Positions 53,015 through 64,000 of a DNA stretch of 64,000 nucleotides are shown here, one piece after another. Location: the NCBI RefSeq assembly GCF_006345805.1, contig NC_043020.1:20336001-20400000 (forward strand), read 5' to 3'. Each line of letters opens with the position of its first letter. Position 1 is the first letter of the stretch. Under the pieces are notes generated by a model, which made no database searches, was not told the DNA's origin, and was given only the letters and a program-made list of their open reading frames with translations. The position numbers were made by a program, and so were the translations under genes. This DNA comes from Octopus sinensis (Eukaryota).

Positions 53015-54954
53015 GTATGTAGCTGGTGAAGGAGGGGAAAGAAAACTTCTCGTTTCATATTTTGAATCCTTAATTCTCAGTACTCTATCAAATCTGACAT
53101 TTCCAATGAATATTATAATTTACCAGTAGTGGAGAAATATCATTGGAGATGTGAGGGGACTGGCTTAATATGCAAATTATTATGATCTGATAGAAAAAAA
53201 ATGCTAGTCTGATTTAACTAGTTACATATTTTATCTAGAAAAGGAAATAGAATCCAAGTGAAACCATGCCTGAAACTGTCATCACAGGTGCATATTTTTG
53301 CTGTTGTCCTCGTAACAAACAACAGTAGCCACAATTGTCATAATCATCATTGGCTATTCTAGTTATAACAGTTGCATGTTGCATTAGGGAAACTAAACTG
53401 TCTCTTCTTCATGATCTCACCACCAAGTTCCTCATGGCAATGAGGTATTCTGTCATGCTTAAATATGTGTTTATAATAAATGCCAAGTCTTGCATCTACC
53501 CCCATCTTGTACTGGAACTGAGAAGAATAACAGAGGAATCAAGAATAAAGACAGGAAAAAACCCAGAAAAACCAAATTTGCTATCAAATCCAATGTAAGT
53601 AGGCAGAAATAGACAAGGAGTGATAATGGCGATGATGTTAATTGAGAGGATAATGATGACATGACTGTTGTTGAACAGCACTCCACCAACATGAAGAAAT
53701 TCTGGAAGTGGTTGATTCAACAAAGTATTCCTGTAGCATCTTCACTTTAATTGCTGGAGACCAATGTATATTAAATAGTTAATTGGCAGAAAAGGAGCAG
53801 TTTTCATGACCTTTGCCATCCCTTCCAGATTATTGACATTAATGCAGATGATGTTCAATTTCAACTTTTGCAGACTGATGCCCCAAGGTGAAATGTGGAT
53901 AGGACAACTTAATATAAGTGGCCCCTATCTTAGAAGTAATAGAGAGTTTGAGGGTGATTTTAGTTATCATAATTAGACAACTGAGCACTTATATGGTAAA
54001 TTCCCTCTAGCTGGTAATGATATAGTGATGGTAGTGATGGTCACAATGATGATGATCAGAATTGTGGTGGCAGTGAGAATTATGATGGTGGTGATAATTG
54101 TCATGGTGATGAAGGTAGTAATGTTGATGATAATGATAGCAGAGAGAGTGGTGATGATTGGATGAGTGATGGTGGGGAAAGAGGTGGCAGTGGTCATTAT
54201 GATAACGATAACAAAAACAGGTGCAACAACATTATATTTCAATTACTGTAATAGTGGTACAGTTGTCCATGTTTAAACACTTTCTGTACTGTGAATAGAT
54301 TCTTTCAAGCCCCAGGTTTAATCCCCCTGTGAAGAAACTTGAGTCAGTGTCTTCTATCATAGAAAAGGTTGAGCAATAATTTGTGAATGAAATTTAGTAG
54401 AGAGAAACTTTGTGGAAGTCTACCACGGGCGGTGGGAGAGAGAGAGTGTGTACGTGTGTGTATACGTGTGTATGGTGAAGAAATTGGTGTCAAGCAAAAA
54501 AATATGCAGAATTACTTCCATATAGGTTCCTTTCCCTCATACCAAGTCCATTTTATCTTCCTCTCTTTTTCAAGGACTAGATAACATAATGGGGTTCATA
54601 AACACACTAAAATCCTTGAGAGTAGTAACCAACTCACTAAGCTCACAGTCTGATGATTGAAACAAGTATTATATATATATATATATGCATGTATATATAT
54701 ATTTGTGTGTGTGTGTGTACACACACACACACACATGTATGTATACATTTTGTGATATCTTGGGAGGGTCATTATACCAATAATAACACACATGGGTTCA
54801 ATATTACTTCTTTATTGTTAGTTTAACTGGTTAAACATCTAACCAAATAACAAATCATTCATTTGTTTGTTAGTCAAGTTTTTTTCGTCACTATTTGTAA
54901 CTTCTTCAATAATATGCTTTCTCTCTTCAAACCAAATACAAAAATAAAAATATA

Positions 54955-56180
54955 TCAGGCTAAGTAAGCAATGTTTTAAAACATGAAATTCATCACAATA
55001 TATTTCAACAATGTGGAAATTTTGTTCATCAAAGTAAGTACCATTACATTTTTGCCTAGTGACAAGTTTGTTTATTCAGGTAACATAAAAATCTGGAGCT
55101 CTGGAGCTGATGAAATCTTTGAACGTACTTTCTGCATTGGTTTGATGTTTGGACACCTTCTCTCACAGGAAACCATCAAGGTGCTTGAAAAAGTGATAGC
55201 TGGTAGGAGAAAGGTCTGGGGAATAAGCTGGGTGGAGAAGAACTTTGTAGCCAAGCCCCCTCATCTTCTGGAGTGTCATTAGTGAAACATGTAGTTGAGC
55301 ATTGTCATGAAGAATGATTGATTCTCTTCTGTTGACCTGTCTGGGATGGAAGAGTAGCAGTTTTTCGTTCATTTTGGCAATTTCATGGCAATATGTTTCT
55401 GCAGTAATGGTTTTTCTGGGTTTTAAGAAGTTATAGTGAAGAAAATGATGTCAAACAATCACCATAACCTTCACCAATCACCATAACCTTTCTTTTGAAG
55501 AGATCAGGTATAGGGAAGGTGCTTTATTTTGGCCCAACAACTGCAAAGAACGTTTTTTATTACTGTACAGAATCCACTTTTCATCGCAAGAAATGGATTA
55601 GTCTAGTTACAGAAAAGAATCGACAAGCAAATTTATATCTTCACATTTTCTGGTTTTCATTCAAATTGTATGGTACCCATTTGTCAAACTTTTTGATTTT
55701 CCGATTGCATGCAAATGGTTGCAGGCAGTTTTCTGGCTAACTTGAAGTTCTTCTGCCAGTTCTCGAGTGGTTTACGTGGATCTTTCTCAATGACAGTCTT
55801 TAATTGACCATCATCGATGACAGATGGGCATCCACTATGCTCAAGGTTCAGGTTTCCATTGAGAAATTGTTTAAACTATTTTCGAAATGACCACTCTCTG
55901 GTCATTTTCCTCACCAAATGTTTTGTTGATATTGCAAGCAGTTTCAGCTGCTTTGAACAGCAAAATTGCTTGAATATCGCTCTTTGACAGTTCCATTTTA
56001 GATGATTGTAACAACAGTGAAAAAAATAACAATTTTAATTTATTTATGCATTTGGGCAAGTCTATGTCTGTATTATCAAACAATTTTTTAAAAAATGTTT
56101 TAAAAATATTCAAAACTCTGCAAATATCTGGTACAAATTCTTCATGGTTCAAAACATTGCTTACTTTTTACTCAATCTGA
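54955..56180 (-). mobile_element. Near full-length degenerate mariner (Hsmar1-like) transposon
   Basis: Fragments MELSKSDIQAILL..AAETACNINKTFG, LHDNAQLHV and HPAYSPDLSPTSYHFFKHLD; TIR-like ends TCAGGCT..AGTAAGCAATGTTTT and (rc) TCAGATTGAGTAAAAAGTAAGCAATGTTTT; TA flanks; stops and frameshifts. Confidence 0.92.
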
Positions 56181-56197
56181 TACATATATACATACAT

Positions 56198-57350
56198 AAT
56201 CATCATCATCATCATCATTTAATATCTGTTGTCCATGCTAGCATGGGTTGGATGGTTTGGCAAGGACTGGTAAGCTAAAGGTCTTCACTAGATTTCAGTT
56301 TGATTTGGTATGGCTTCTATGGCTGGATGCCAATCACTTCAAGAGTAAAATGGGTGTTTTTATGTGCCTGTTGCATGGCACCAGTATCTTTGGTGACTAT
56401 GATTTCACTTGGTTTGATGGGTCTTCTTCTCAAGCATGGTATATTGCAAAAGGTCTCAGTCATTTGTCATTGCTTCTGTAAGGTCCAATGCTCAAAAGAT
56501 GCCTTTTAAGTGCCATTGGCATGGGTGCCAACACATGACCATACCAGTGCAGTCGTCTCTTGCACACCACATCTGATGCCTCTTATGCCTAACTTTCCTA
56601 TGTAGTAAGACTTTGGTTTTTGCTAGGTTAACGCTGAGGCCCTTTGATTCTAGAGCATGTTTCCACACCTGAAATGTTTCTAGTTCTGGTAGTGAGTCAG
56701 TTATAAGAACAAAGTCATCAGCATAGAGGAGCTCCCAAGGGCAGCCTATTTTGAATTCCACTGTTATTGTCTGGAGGACTGTGATGAATAAGAGGAGGCT
56801 GAGGACTGATCCTGAGTGGACTCCTACTTCAACCCAGAATTTATCACTATACACATTGCCAACCCTCACCTTACTGATAGCATCCCTCTACATGGCTTGT
56901 ACAGCTCTCACCACTCATCTATTCCTAATTCCTCAATGATTACCCGATAAGGTTAGGGGGAACCTGCCAAAGGCTTTCTTTACGTCAACAAAAGCCAAGT
57001 ACAGAGGTTTATCTTTGGCTAGGCACTTCTCCTGCAGCTGCCTTACCAGAAATATAGCATCAGTGGCATAAAATTAAACTGCATCTCATTTAGACCAACC
57101 CTCTCTCTAATTAGTTGGGCTGTGACCTTCTCTGTAACTTTCATCACCTGATTTGATAACTCTACAATTATTTCTAAGGTATCACCTTTTTCTTTGTAGC
57201 AGATGACTACAGTACTGCTACACCATTCACTGAGTATGACTCCTTTGTGTAGAACATGATTAACTATATGGGTAACTAGACTATAAGCAGCACCGCCAGA
57301 TATTTTAAGCATTTCAGCAGACGGGCTGAGGGCTTTCCCCATCTTCATTA
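56198..57350 (-). mobile_element. Degenerate RTE-clade LINE with (ATG)n tail
   Basis: VGVHSGSVLSLLLF, CPWELLYADD, LESKGLSVNLAKTKVL and upstream GKALSPS..AEMLK..YKEKGD; the tail appears as (CAT)n at 56198-56218 on plus. Confidence 0.9.
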
Positions 57351-57403
57351 TATATATATATATATATATATATAGATAGATAATATATATAATATATATA
57401 TAT

Positions 57404-57568
57404 AAAATAAATATAAGAGAGTGGTCACTATATTGCTCACTCTAGCACCAGTTGATCCAAAAGGTTTCAACCACGAAAATACATGTTATGTATTTTCGTG
57501 GTTGAAACCTTTTGGATCAACTGGTGCTAGAGTGAGCAATATAGTGACCACTCTCTTATATTTATTTT
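57404..57568. repeat. Perfect palindrome, 81-bp arms, 3-nt loop
   Basis: 57404-57484 is the exact reverse complement of 57488-57568 (loop GTT); embedded in (TA)n. Confidence 0.98.
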
Positions 57569-57764
57569 GTAAAAATATTATAATATGTTATAAAATATTA
57601 TAATAATCCAGGTTTCTCGTAGCACTAGGCCACTTGGTGTTGAATAAATATACTATTAAATTAGTATCTAATTCTCTCACCCTTATTAATTAATATATAT
57701 ATATATATATATAATAATATATATAATATATATATATATATACAATATATTGTTTTATTGGTTT

Positions 57765-58003
57765 CAGCCAGAGACCAAGGAACATTGCCTTTCAGTGTGT
57801 CAGGGTTTCTTTTCTACATTGTTTCTAGTGAAGTAGCAAGTTTGATAGAGCTGCTCTTCTTTGTTTCCTGCCATGATGTGGGTTCATCTGGTATCTCAGA
57901 TAAAAATTTGGTCCAACATTCTTTGAAGCCTTTCACATCTACACCATGCACATCTCTGCAGTTGTTTGGCAAAATGTTAAATAGTTGAGGACCATTGAAA
58001 CCC
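57765..58003 (-). mobile_element. CR1/L2-like LINE 3-prime fragment
   Basis: GFNGPQLFNILPNNCRDVHGVDV..FK..TKFLSEIPDEP parallels the C-terminus of the 24-25 kb LINE; a similar piece (LKQIPDKPPTP) lies at about 60330-60510 (-). Confidence 0.8.
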
Positions 58004-58632
58004 AATCTATATTAATAAAAGTGAAATTCTCTCTGTCCATCATGGACCCCTGCATCTCAATCTATATTTGCTCTACATAGCCATGTTATTTTGCAATCAG
58101 GATGATCCCAGGATTGAAAATCTGCCCTTCATTTGGTTCCTGAACATCAAGCATTGGGATCTGATTTAAAATCATTTGAGTTTGTATTTCTAGCAGGTAA
58201 AACTTGGCTGATTCACGTCACCTTGCTTGGCACTTGTCAGATGATGTCAGAGATCAAGGGGGAGATAAAAGACATTCACTTCTTTAATTTAGAGCAAATT
58301 GGCCAACAGTTGGGTTTCAACTTGGGACTGGAACTATAGAATGATTGCATTACAGAATTAATTCTCATCCGTCCTTAACCTCTGACCACAAGGGCATAAA
58401 ATCATTATAGACATATCATAGTCATGCCATTTAGATCTGCTTAGTTTTGGGCCACAAGCCAAATTAGCCCCCCGCAGCAGCTAGTTTAAAAGTCTGTACA
58501 GAGTGCAGCTTTTGAGCTATTAATATAATATAATTATTAAAACCTAATTACCACCAGACTCAAACCCACACACCCAAAGATGAATTTAACTGAACAGAGA
58601 CTATATAAAGGCAAGACTAACTCTAATGCATT

Positions 58633-58677
58633 GCAGTCTGATGATGGCATAGCTGGCTGAAACTTCAAAGTCATTGC
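58633..58677 (+). ncRNA. Type I minimal hammerhead ribozyme motif
   Basis: Stem I GCAGU/AUUGC; core CUGAUGA 58638-58644 plus extra U; stem II GGC/GCU; GAAA 58659-58662; stem III ACU(U)/(A)AGU; GUC cleavage triplet 58670-58672. Confidence 0.72.
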
Positions 58678-58749
58678 CAACAACAATCTTGTATAAGAAT
58701 AATATAATACGTACATACATACATATTTATATATATATATATATATATA

Positions 58750-59430
58750 TCAGAAAAAAGGAATGAACAAGCAAAACATGTAGTACCTATTTCTTTACTA
58801 CCCACAAGGGGCTAAACACAGAGGGGACAAACAAGGACAGACAAACGGATTAAGTTGATTACATCGACCCCAGTGCGTAACTGGTACTTAATTTATCGAC
58901 CCAGGTGGAATTTGAACTCAGAACGTAACGGCAGACGAAATACGGCTAAGCATTTCGCCCGGTGTGCTAACGTTTCTGCCAGCTCGCCACCTTCATGTAG
59001 TACCACTTTAGAACATGTAATTTATAATTCAAACATAATAGCAAAGTAGTTACAGTAAAGAAGGGATTAATAAATAATCCATTAGATCTCTGACAGCTGT
59101 TTCTAGAATAGCTGTGCATATGGTTCATAAGTCTTTAACTAAGGACATTCCTTAATTCTCCAACAATGGGACTGGTAACAACTAATGTTTTTTTATTAAG
59201 GATGTTCTATAATTCTTCCTCTTTGAAGGCAGAATAATTGGCTTATAGAGAAATCTTTGTTCAATGACCTGTGCACCATATGCACAGCTATTCTAGAAAC
59301 AGCTGTAAGAGATTTTCAACATTATTTATTAATCCATTACTTACTCAAAAACTCTGCAATTATGTTTGAATTATAAGTATGTGCTCTAAAGTGATACTAC
59401 ATGTGTTGCTTGTTCATTTTTCCTTTTTAA
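58750..59430. repeat. Foldback element with long imperfect arms; left arm interrupted by a SINE
   Basis: GAATGAACAAGCAAAACATGTAGTAC..CACTTTAG..ATAATTCAAACATAAT..CAGCTGTTTCTAGAATAGCTGTGCATATGGT (to 59133) is mirrored at about 59276-59430. Confidence 0.85.
58788..58993 (-). mobile_element. Young SINE copy with 11-bp TSD and a short internal deletion
   Basis: CATGTAGTACC at 58777-58787 and 58994-59004; CpGs retained; the AAAGGATGAAAGGCAAAGTCGACCT segment is missing. Confidence 0.93.
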
Positions 59431-59790
59431 TATCAACCACTCACTGAGGAACCACTTATAACCATTCTTTGCTAGGCAGCTACAACATCAATTTTGTTTT
59501 TGTTGCTGTTAAGGTCAGAGTTTTAGTGATAAACCAACCCAAGCATTTATCACACATACCTATTACATTATGCCTTTCGGCAGAATTTATACGCACACGC
59601 ACAAAAGTATGCACAAGTTTTGAAAATTAAACAGAAATACAACACAACAAATGGAAAATACACACATAAGGTTTAGATGCACTTATTCCTTGTCAGTTAT
59701 CATCTAAATAGTTCTAACAATTTCATGTCTTTAATAATATTGTTCATTTTTGGTGGTGTCAATAGATATATACACACATATACATATACA

Positions 59791-59842
<52 letters not shown>

Positions 59843-60155
59843 TATATACACACATACATGAATGGGCCTACATATGTATATATATATATATATATAATAT
59901 ACATGCATATATGGGTACAGGACATCAAAAAACGTAAATGGCTATCCATCTTTCTTTCTTCCGTTTGTTTTTACTGTTTTGTTCTTACTGTCCTGTTTTT
60001 GTTACCACTTTAACCCTTCGCAATATATATATATATATTACTTATATCATTATATGATCAAATGCCACACATCCATTTCCAAGTAAGTTTTATCTATCTG
60101 TCTATCTATCTATCTCTCTCTCTCTATATATATACACACACACACAAATACATAT

Positions 60156-60198
60156 CAGTTTAACAATGGCTTAGTTGGCCAAAACTTTGAAGTCACTG
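60156..60198 (+). pseudogene. Decayed sister copy of the 58633 hammerhead motif
   Basis: CAGT-TTAACAA-T-GGC-TTAGTTG-GCC-AAAA-CTTTGAAG-TC-ACTG: stems intact, core mutated; downstream sequence (AACAACA(A/T)TCTTG(T/C)ATAAGAA) shared with 58678-58700. Confidence 0.65.
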
Positions 60199-61354
60199 TT
60201 AACAACATTCTTGCATAAGAACAATAAATTTGTACTCTACAAAAGTTTAGAGTACTCATCAGATTAGTGTAAAATTGTTTTTATTATAACTGAACATAAA
60301 AACAAAAACATACACACACACACATCTAGATAAGTTTTGACCAAAATTGGCAGGCCATAGCCACCTGGAAAAGACAGTTAAAGATGTATTCTTTTGGTAC
60401 CATAGCCCATTTGAGTAAAGAGATATTGTTAGAGATATATCTGGTGTAGGTGGTTTATCTGGAATTTGTTTGAGATATCCATTTAAGAATTGTTTGAATG
60501 TTATGAAATTTTTTCTTCCCTTAAGTGACTTGGCATGATGTAAAGAGAGCAGGGCCAACTATGGTGAAATAGTTTTGTCTTAGTGTTGTGATTTGATGCG
60601 AGCTTGATTTTTGTAGAGGATGGAAGGCACAGGGACCAAACCTTTAGTGAATTTCTAAGTGCATGCCAACAGCATTTGGGCATAGGCTTGGCTGTAACTT
60701 AAGAAATTTGCTTCCCAAATACATAGTTCAGGTTCATATAGATATACATTTATAATACATTAAAAATGAACTTCAATCTTGCTTGCTTGCACTGTTACAC
60801 AATCAAACTGGTGCATAATGGGAAAATACTATGAATTAAGAACCCCCTGAAATGCAAATGCAAACGGAATAAAACAAGTTTCGCATAAATTGAACAAGTG
60901 GTCATTGGGATATTAGCGATTTTGGGGTATAAATACCCAAAACAGTGCAAAATGGGGAAAATACTCTGAAAATAACTTAACCCTGAAAAGTAAGAAAAGT
61001 AAGAAACTCTAACCTTCCAATTAGACACATTTGTGACTAACTTGCCAATGAAAAAATACACGGTAAACGTTTATATTTTCACTTTTGTTAGATACAATAT
61101 TTTAATCATTTAAAAATATTTTATGTTTCTATTTTTGCTTTTGTTAAACACAATAATCATTTAGAAATATTTTTAAGTGAATTTGATTTCAAAAATGTAA
61201 GTTGTTTGTACAGTAAATATTTATATTGTAGCTTTCTTTAAACAGACAATATTTTAATGTTTTTTAAAATTATTTTCAAGTGAATACCATTAAAAAAATT
61301 TTTGGGGCATATTTTGAAAATATTTGAAGGTGAAAATAACTTTAAAAATATGGT

Positions 61355-61820
61355 AAATATTTCATAAAAGACCTATTTGTAACCTCAGTGTGAAATAATA
61401 TTTTTCCATAAGTTTTTTGAGTGCATTCAACTCCAAAGATTTGGCTGCTATTTCCAGCATGCCATGCTACCGTGTAACAGCTATTTGCGATAAAGGACCT
61501 GAAATAGTTGTTACATGGTAGCAGGACATGCAAGAAATAGCAGCCAAATCTTTCCTTTTCTGGGGAAAGGAGCCATTTACACATGATTTTGATGTCACAT
61601 TTACTGAAAGCATGTGAAATACCTGGAAAAGAAAAAAAACTTATGAAACAAAACTCCGTTGGTGGGAAACTCCGAGGTCCCCACAACCTTTCCTCTTTTT
61701 TTTTTTGGAAGAAAGTGGCTTGTGGTGGGTTTGGAGATGAGATATGTCAAATGCACTTGAAAAAAACCTGTGGAAAAAATTACTTCACACTGAAGTATGA
61801 ATAGTCCTTTATGAAATATT
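61355..61820. repeat. Asymmetric foldback centred near 61495
   Basis: 61436-61488 pairs with 61503-61553; 61355-61435 pairs with about 61745-61820; about 190 bp lies unpaired in the right arm. Confidence 0.7.
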
Positions 61821-62225
61821 TACCCAAGATTGGGACAGGCATGCAAACAAAAGGATCAGTAAGACTGATAAAGCAAGGGCTGAGCATCTGGCAAAACAGA
61901 GGGAAAGAGACAAAATCAGATGTCATGAATTGGATGATCATGTTAATACAAATGGAATAAAACAAATTTTGTGTAAATAGGACCATGGGTTACCAAGATA
62001 CATGGGTTTTTTTTTTTTGGGTACCTTTATAAATAGCCAAACTGGCATATAATGGGGAAAATGCTTTGAAAGTAAGGTTCTATTGAAATGTGAATACACA
62101 CAGAATAATAGAATTTTCGTGTAAATCAGACCATGGATTCTTGAGATTCATGATTTTCCAGGCACCTTGAACTATTGGTGACCCAATGGGTCACAGGTAG
62201 TCTAGTACATATATATATATATATT

Positions 62226-63153
62226 GTATTTTGGGATGGTCATTTGTGTTTTGTCAAATAAACACATGCACTATATATTTGTTCTTCACTCATTTATTAC
62301 TGTTCTTATTTTAACTCATGTCCATTGTCGGGAAATCTTTCGCTACACATCTGTGACCTGTTCAGCGACACCTTTCGTTTTCTTGTGTGCTCTTGTTCCA
62401 GTTACTCCATTCTGCTCTTGTATGATGTGTATTCTTATGTGCCGCATGTGTCTGTGTTTGTGTGTGTGTGTGTGTGGTGTGTGTGTTTGTGCATGTATGT
62501 GTCTATGCTTGTGTGTGTTGTTATTCTTAGTAGCAGTATGCCCTTCCCCTCAGCCCCATTGTGCTGCTGCTGTCCTAGGACCCAAAATTTTGGTACAGTT
62601 TCTGTATCTCACCGTGTTTGTGCATTTGCCAATGGTGATGCCATCATGGTAGTTGTTGCTGTTGTTGTTATTGCCATCGTTGTCACTGCCACTGCTGCTG
62701 TTAGTCGTGTTGTTGATTTTGTTGCAGCCGTCTATGAAGTTATTGTGTGTGTGTATGGGTTTGCATCATATGTTGTTTTATCCATACCCTTTATATAGAT
62801 TTATTTATTTATTTATATTTTTTTATCTATCTCTGTTTCTTATATGTATCACAGGTATGTGCATATATGTCTGTCGTGTGTGTATTACCCTGTTTGTATC
62901 TGTGTTTTATTTACTATTATTATTTCCACCCCCTCTCTCATCTCCTCCCTTCTGTCTTTAGTCATGTGTTGTGGTGGTGGGTGTTACTATTCCTGTTGCT
63001 GAAGAGGTCGCAGATGTGTGATGAAAGATTTCTGAACAATGGACATGAGTTAAAAATAAGAACAGTAATAAATGGGTGAAGAACAAATATATAGTGCATG
63101 TGTTAATTTGGCAAAAAGAAAAAAAATGACCATCCCAAAATACATGTTTCAAC
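62226..63153. mobile_element. Non-coding element with ~150-bp inverted arms, each carrying a hammerhead-like motif
   Basis: 62226-62372 is a close reverse complement of 62992-63153. Right arm TGTTG-CTGAAGA-G-GTCGCA-GATG-TGTGAT-GAAA-GATT-TC; left arm (rc) TGTCG-CTGAACA-G-GTCACA-GATG-TGTAGC-GAAA-GATT-TC. Interior is simple-repeat rich. Confidence 0.75.
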
Positions 63154-63650
63154 ACACGATTTCACATTAGGAATTTTGAAACACATACTGATAAACATAT
63201 ATGTATATATATACACATACGTATATGTATATACAGATGCATACACACATAAATATACATATGCATACATACATTAATATACATCTGCATACACACACAC
63301 ACACATATATATATACATACACACACACACACACACACATACACAAGCATAATATATATTTACATATATATGCAAAAATGCACACAGATAAATAGATAGA
63401 AACACAGATATACATTAGTGATGCATAGAAATTCTTGAAATCAGTTGATGTGCCAAAGTCTGCAATTCTCCGAATAATGAATGCGACATATGAAACATGT
63501 TGGTCCTTCTAGACAACTAATAAGATGGACATACCAACTGAGTGACAGAAAGATGGAAAAATAAAGAGAGGCAGACAGATAAGAAGAGAGGGAGAGTTAA
63601 ATATTCAGTTCTGTCTATCAGTCAGTTCGTCTGTCTGTCTGTCTGTATCG

Positions 63651-63686
<36 letters not shown>

Positions 63687-63882
63687 GTATTATCTTGAGG
63701 CTCATTTTTTCACATCTTTGGTTGCTCACTCATTCGTTCTCTCAGTTGCCTTCCTTCTTGTTTTTACTGTTTTTCCTCTTTTTTTTTTCTCTATGCATCT
63801 CAGATATTTTACCAACTCTCTATTTTGCATGTTCTTGTTTTTGACAAACATGCACACAGAGTTACATGAACATGTGAGGAAG

Positions 63883-63919
<37 letters not shown>

Positions 63920-64000
63920 ATGAAAGAGAGAGAGTAACACATACATACAATAGTTGCCTGAATATGAGATTGAGGACAGGAGAGGGGTAATGTAGTTAGA

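Overview
AT-rich, microsatellite- and SINE-dense eukaryotic DNA. The repeat families look like those of an octopus (coleoid cephalopod); this is an inference from recalled families, not from a search. No conserved host protein could be recognised, and only candidate exons with canonical splice sites are offered, at low confidence. Recognisable content: many tRNA-type SINEs (a pile-up at 0.1-1.4 kb and two copies with clean TSDs), LINE relics (CR1/L2-like, RTE, RLE-type R4/Dong-like), mariner and Tc1 relics, piggyBac, hAT and Helitron non-autonomous elements, and a CpG-retaining block (~38.2-47.3 kb) ending in a probable bidirectional promoter. Most interesting: (1) a type I minimal hammerhead ribozyme motif with a complete catalytic core at 58633-58677, plus decayed sister copies and a second hammerhead-like family on the inverted arms of an element at 62.2-63.2 kb, resembling Penelope-like or retrozyme elements; (2) several long, near-perfect palindromes (41-81 bp arms), one with only A:C mismatches next to a candidate exon; (3) an intact 101-aa ORF with a trihelix Myb/SANT-like domain inside a duplicated polypyrimidine element, with no partner transposase in view.
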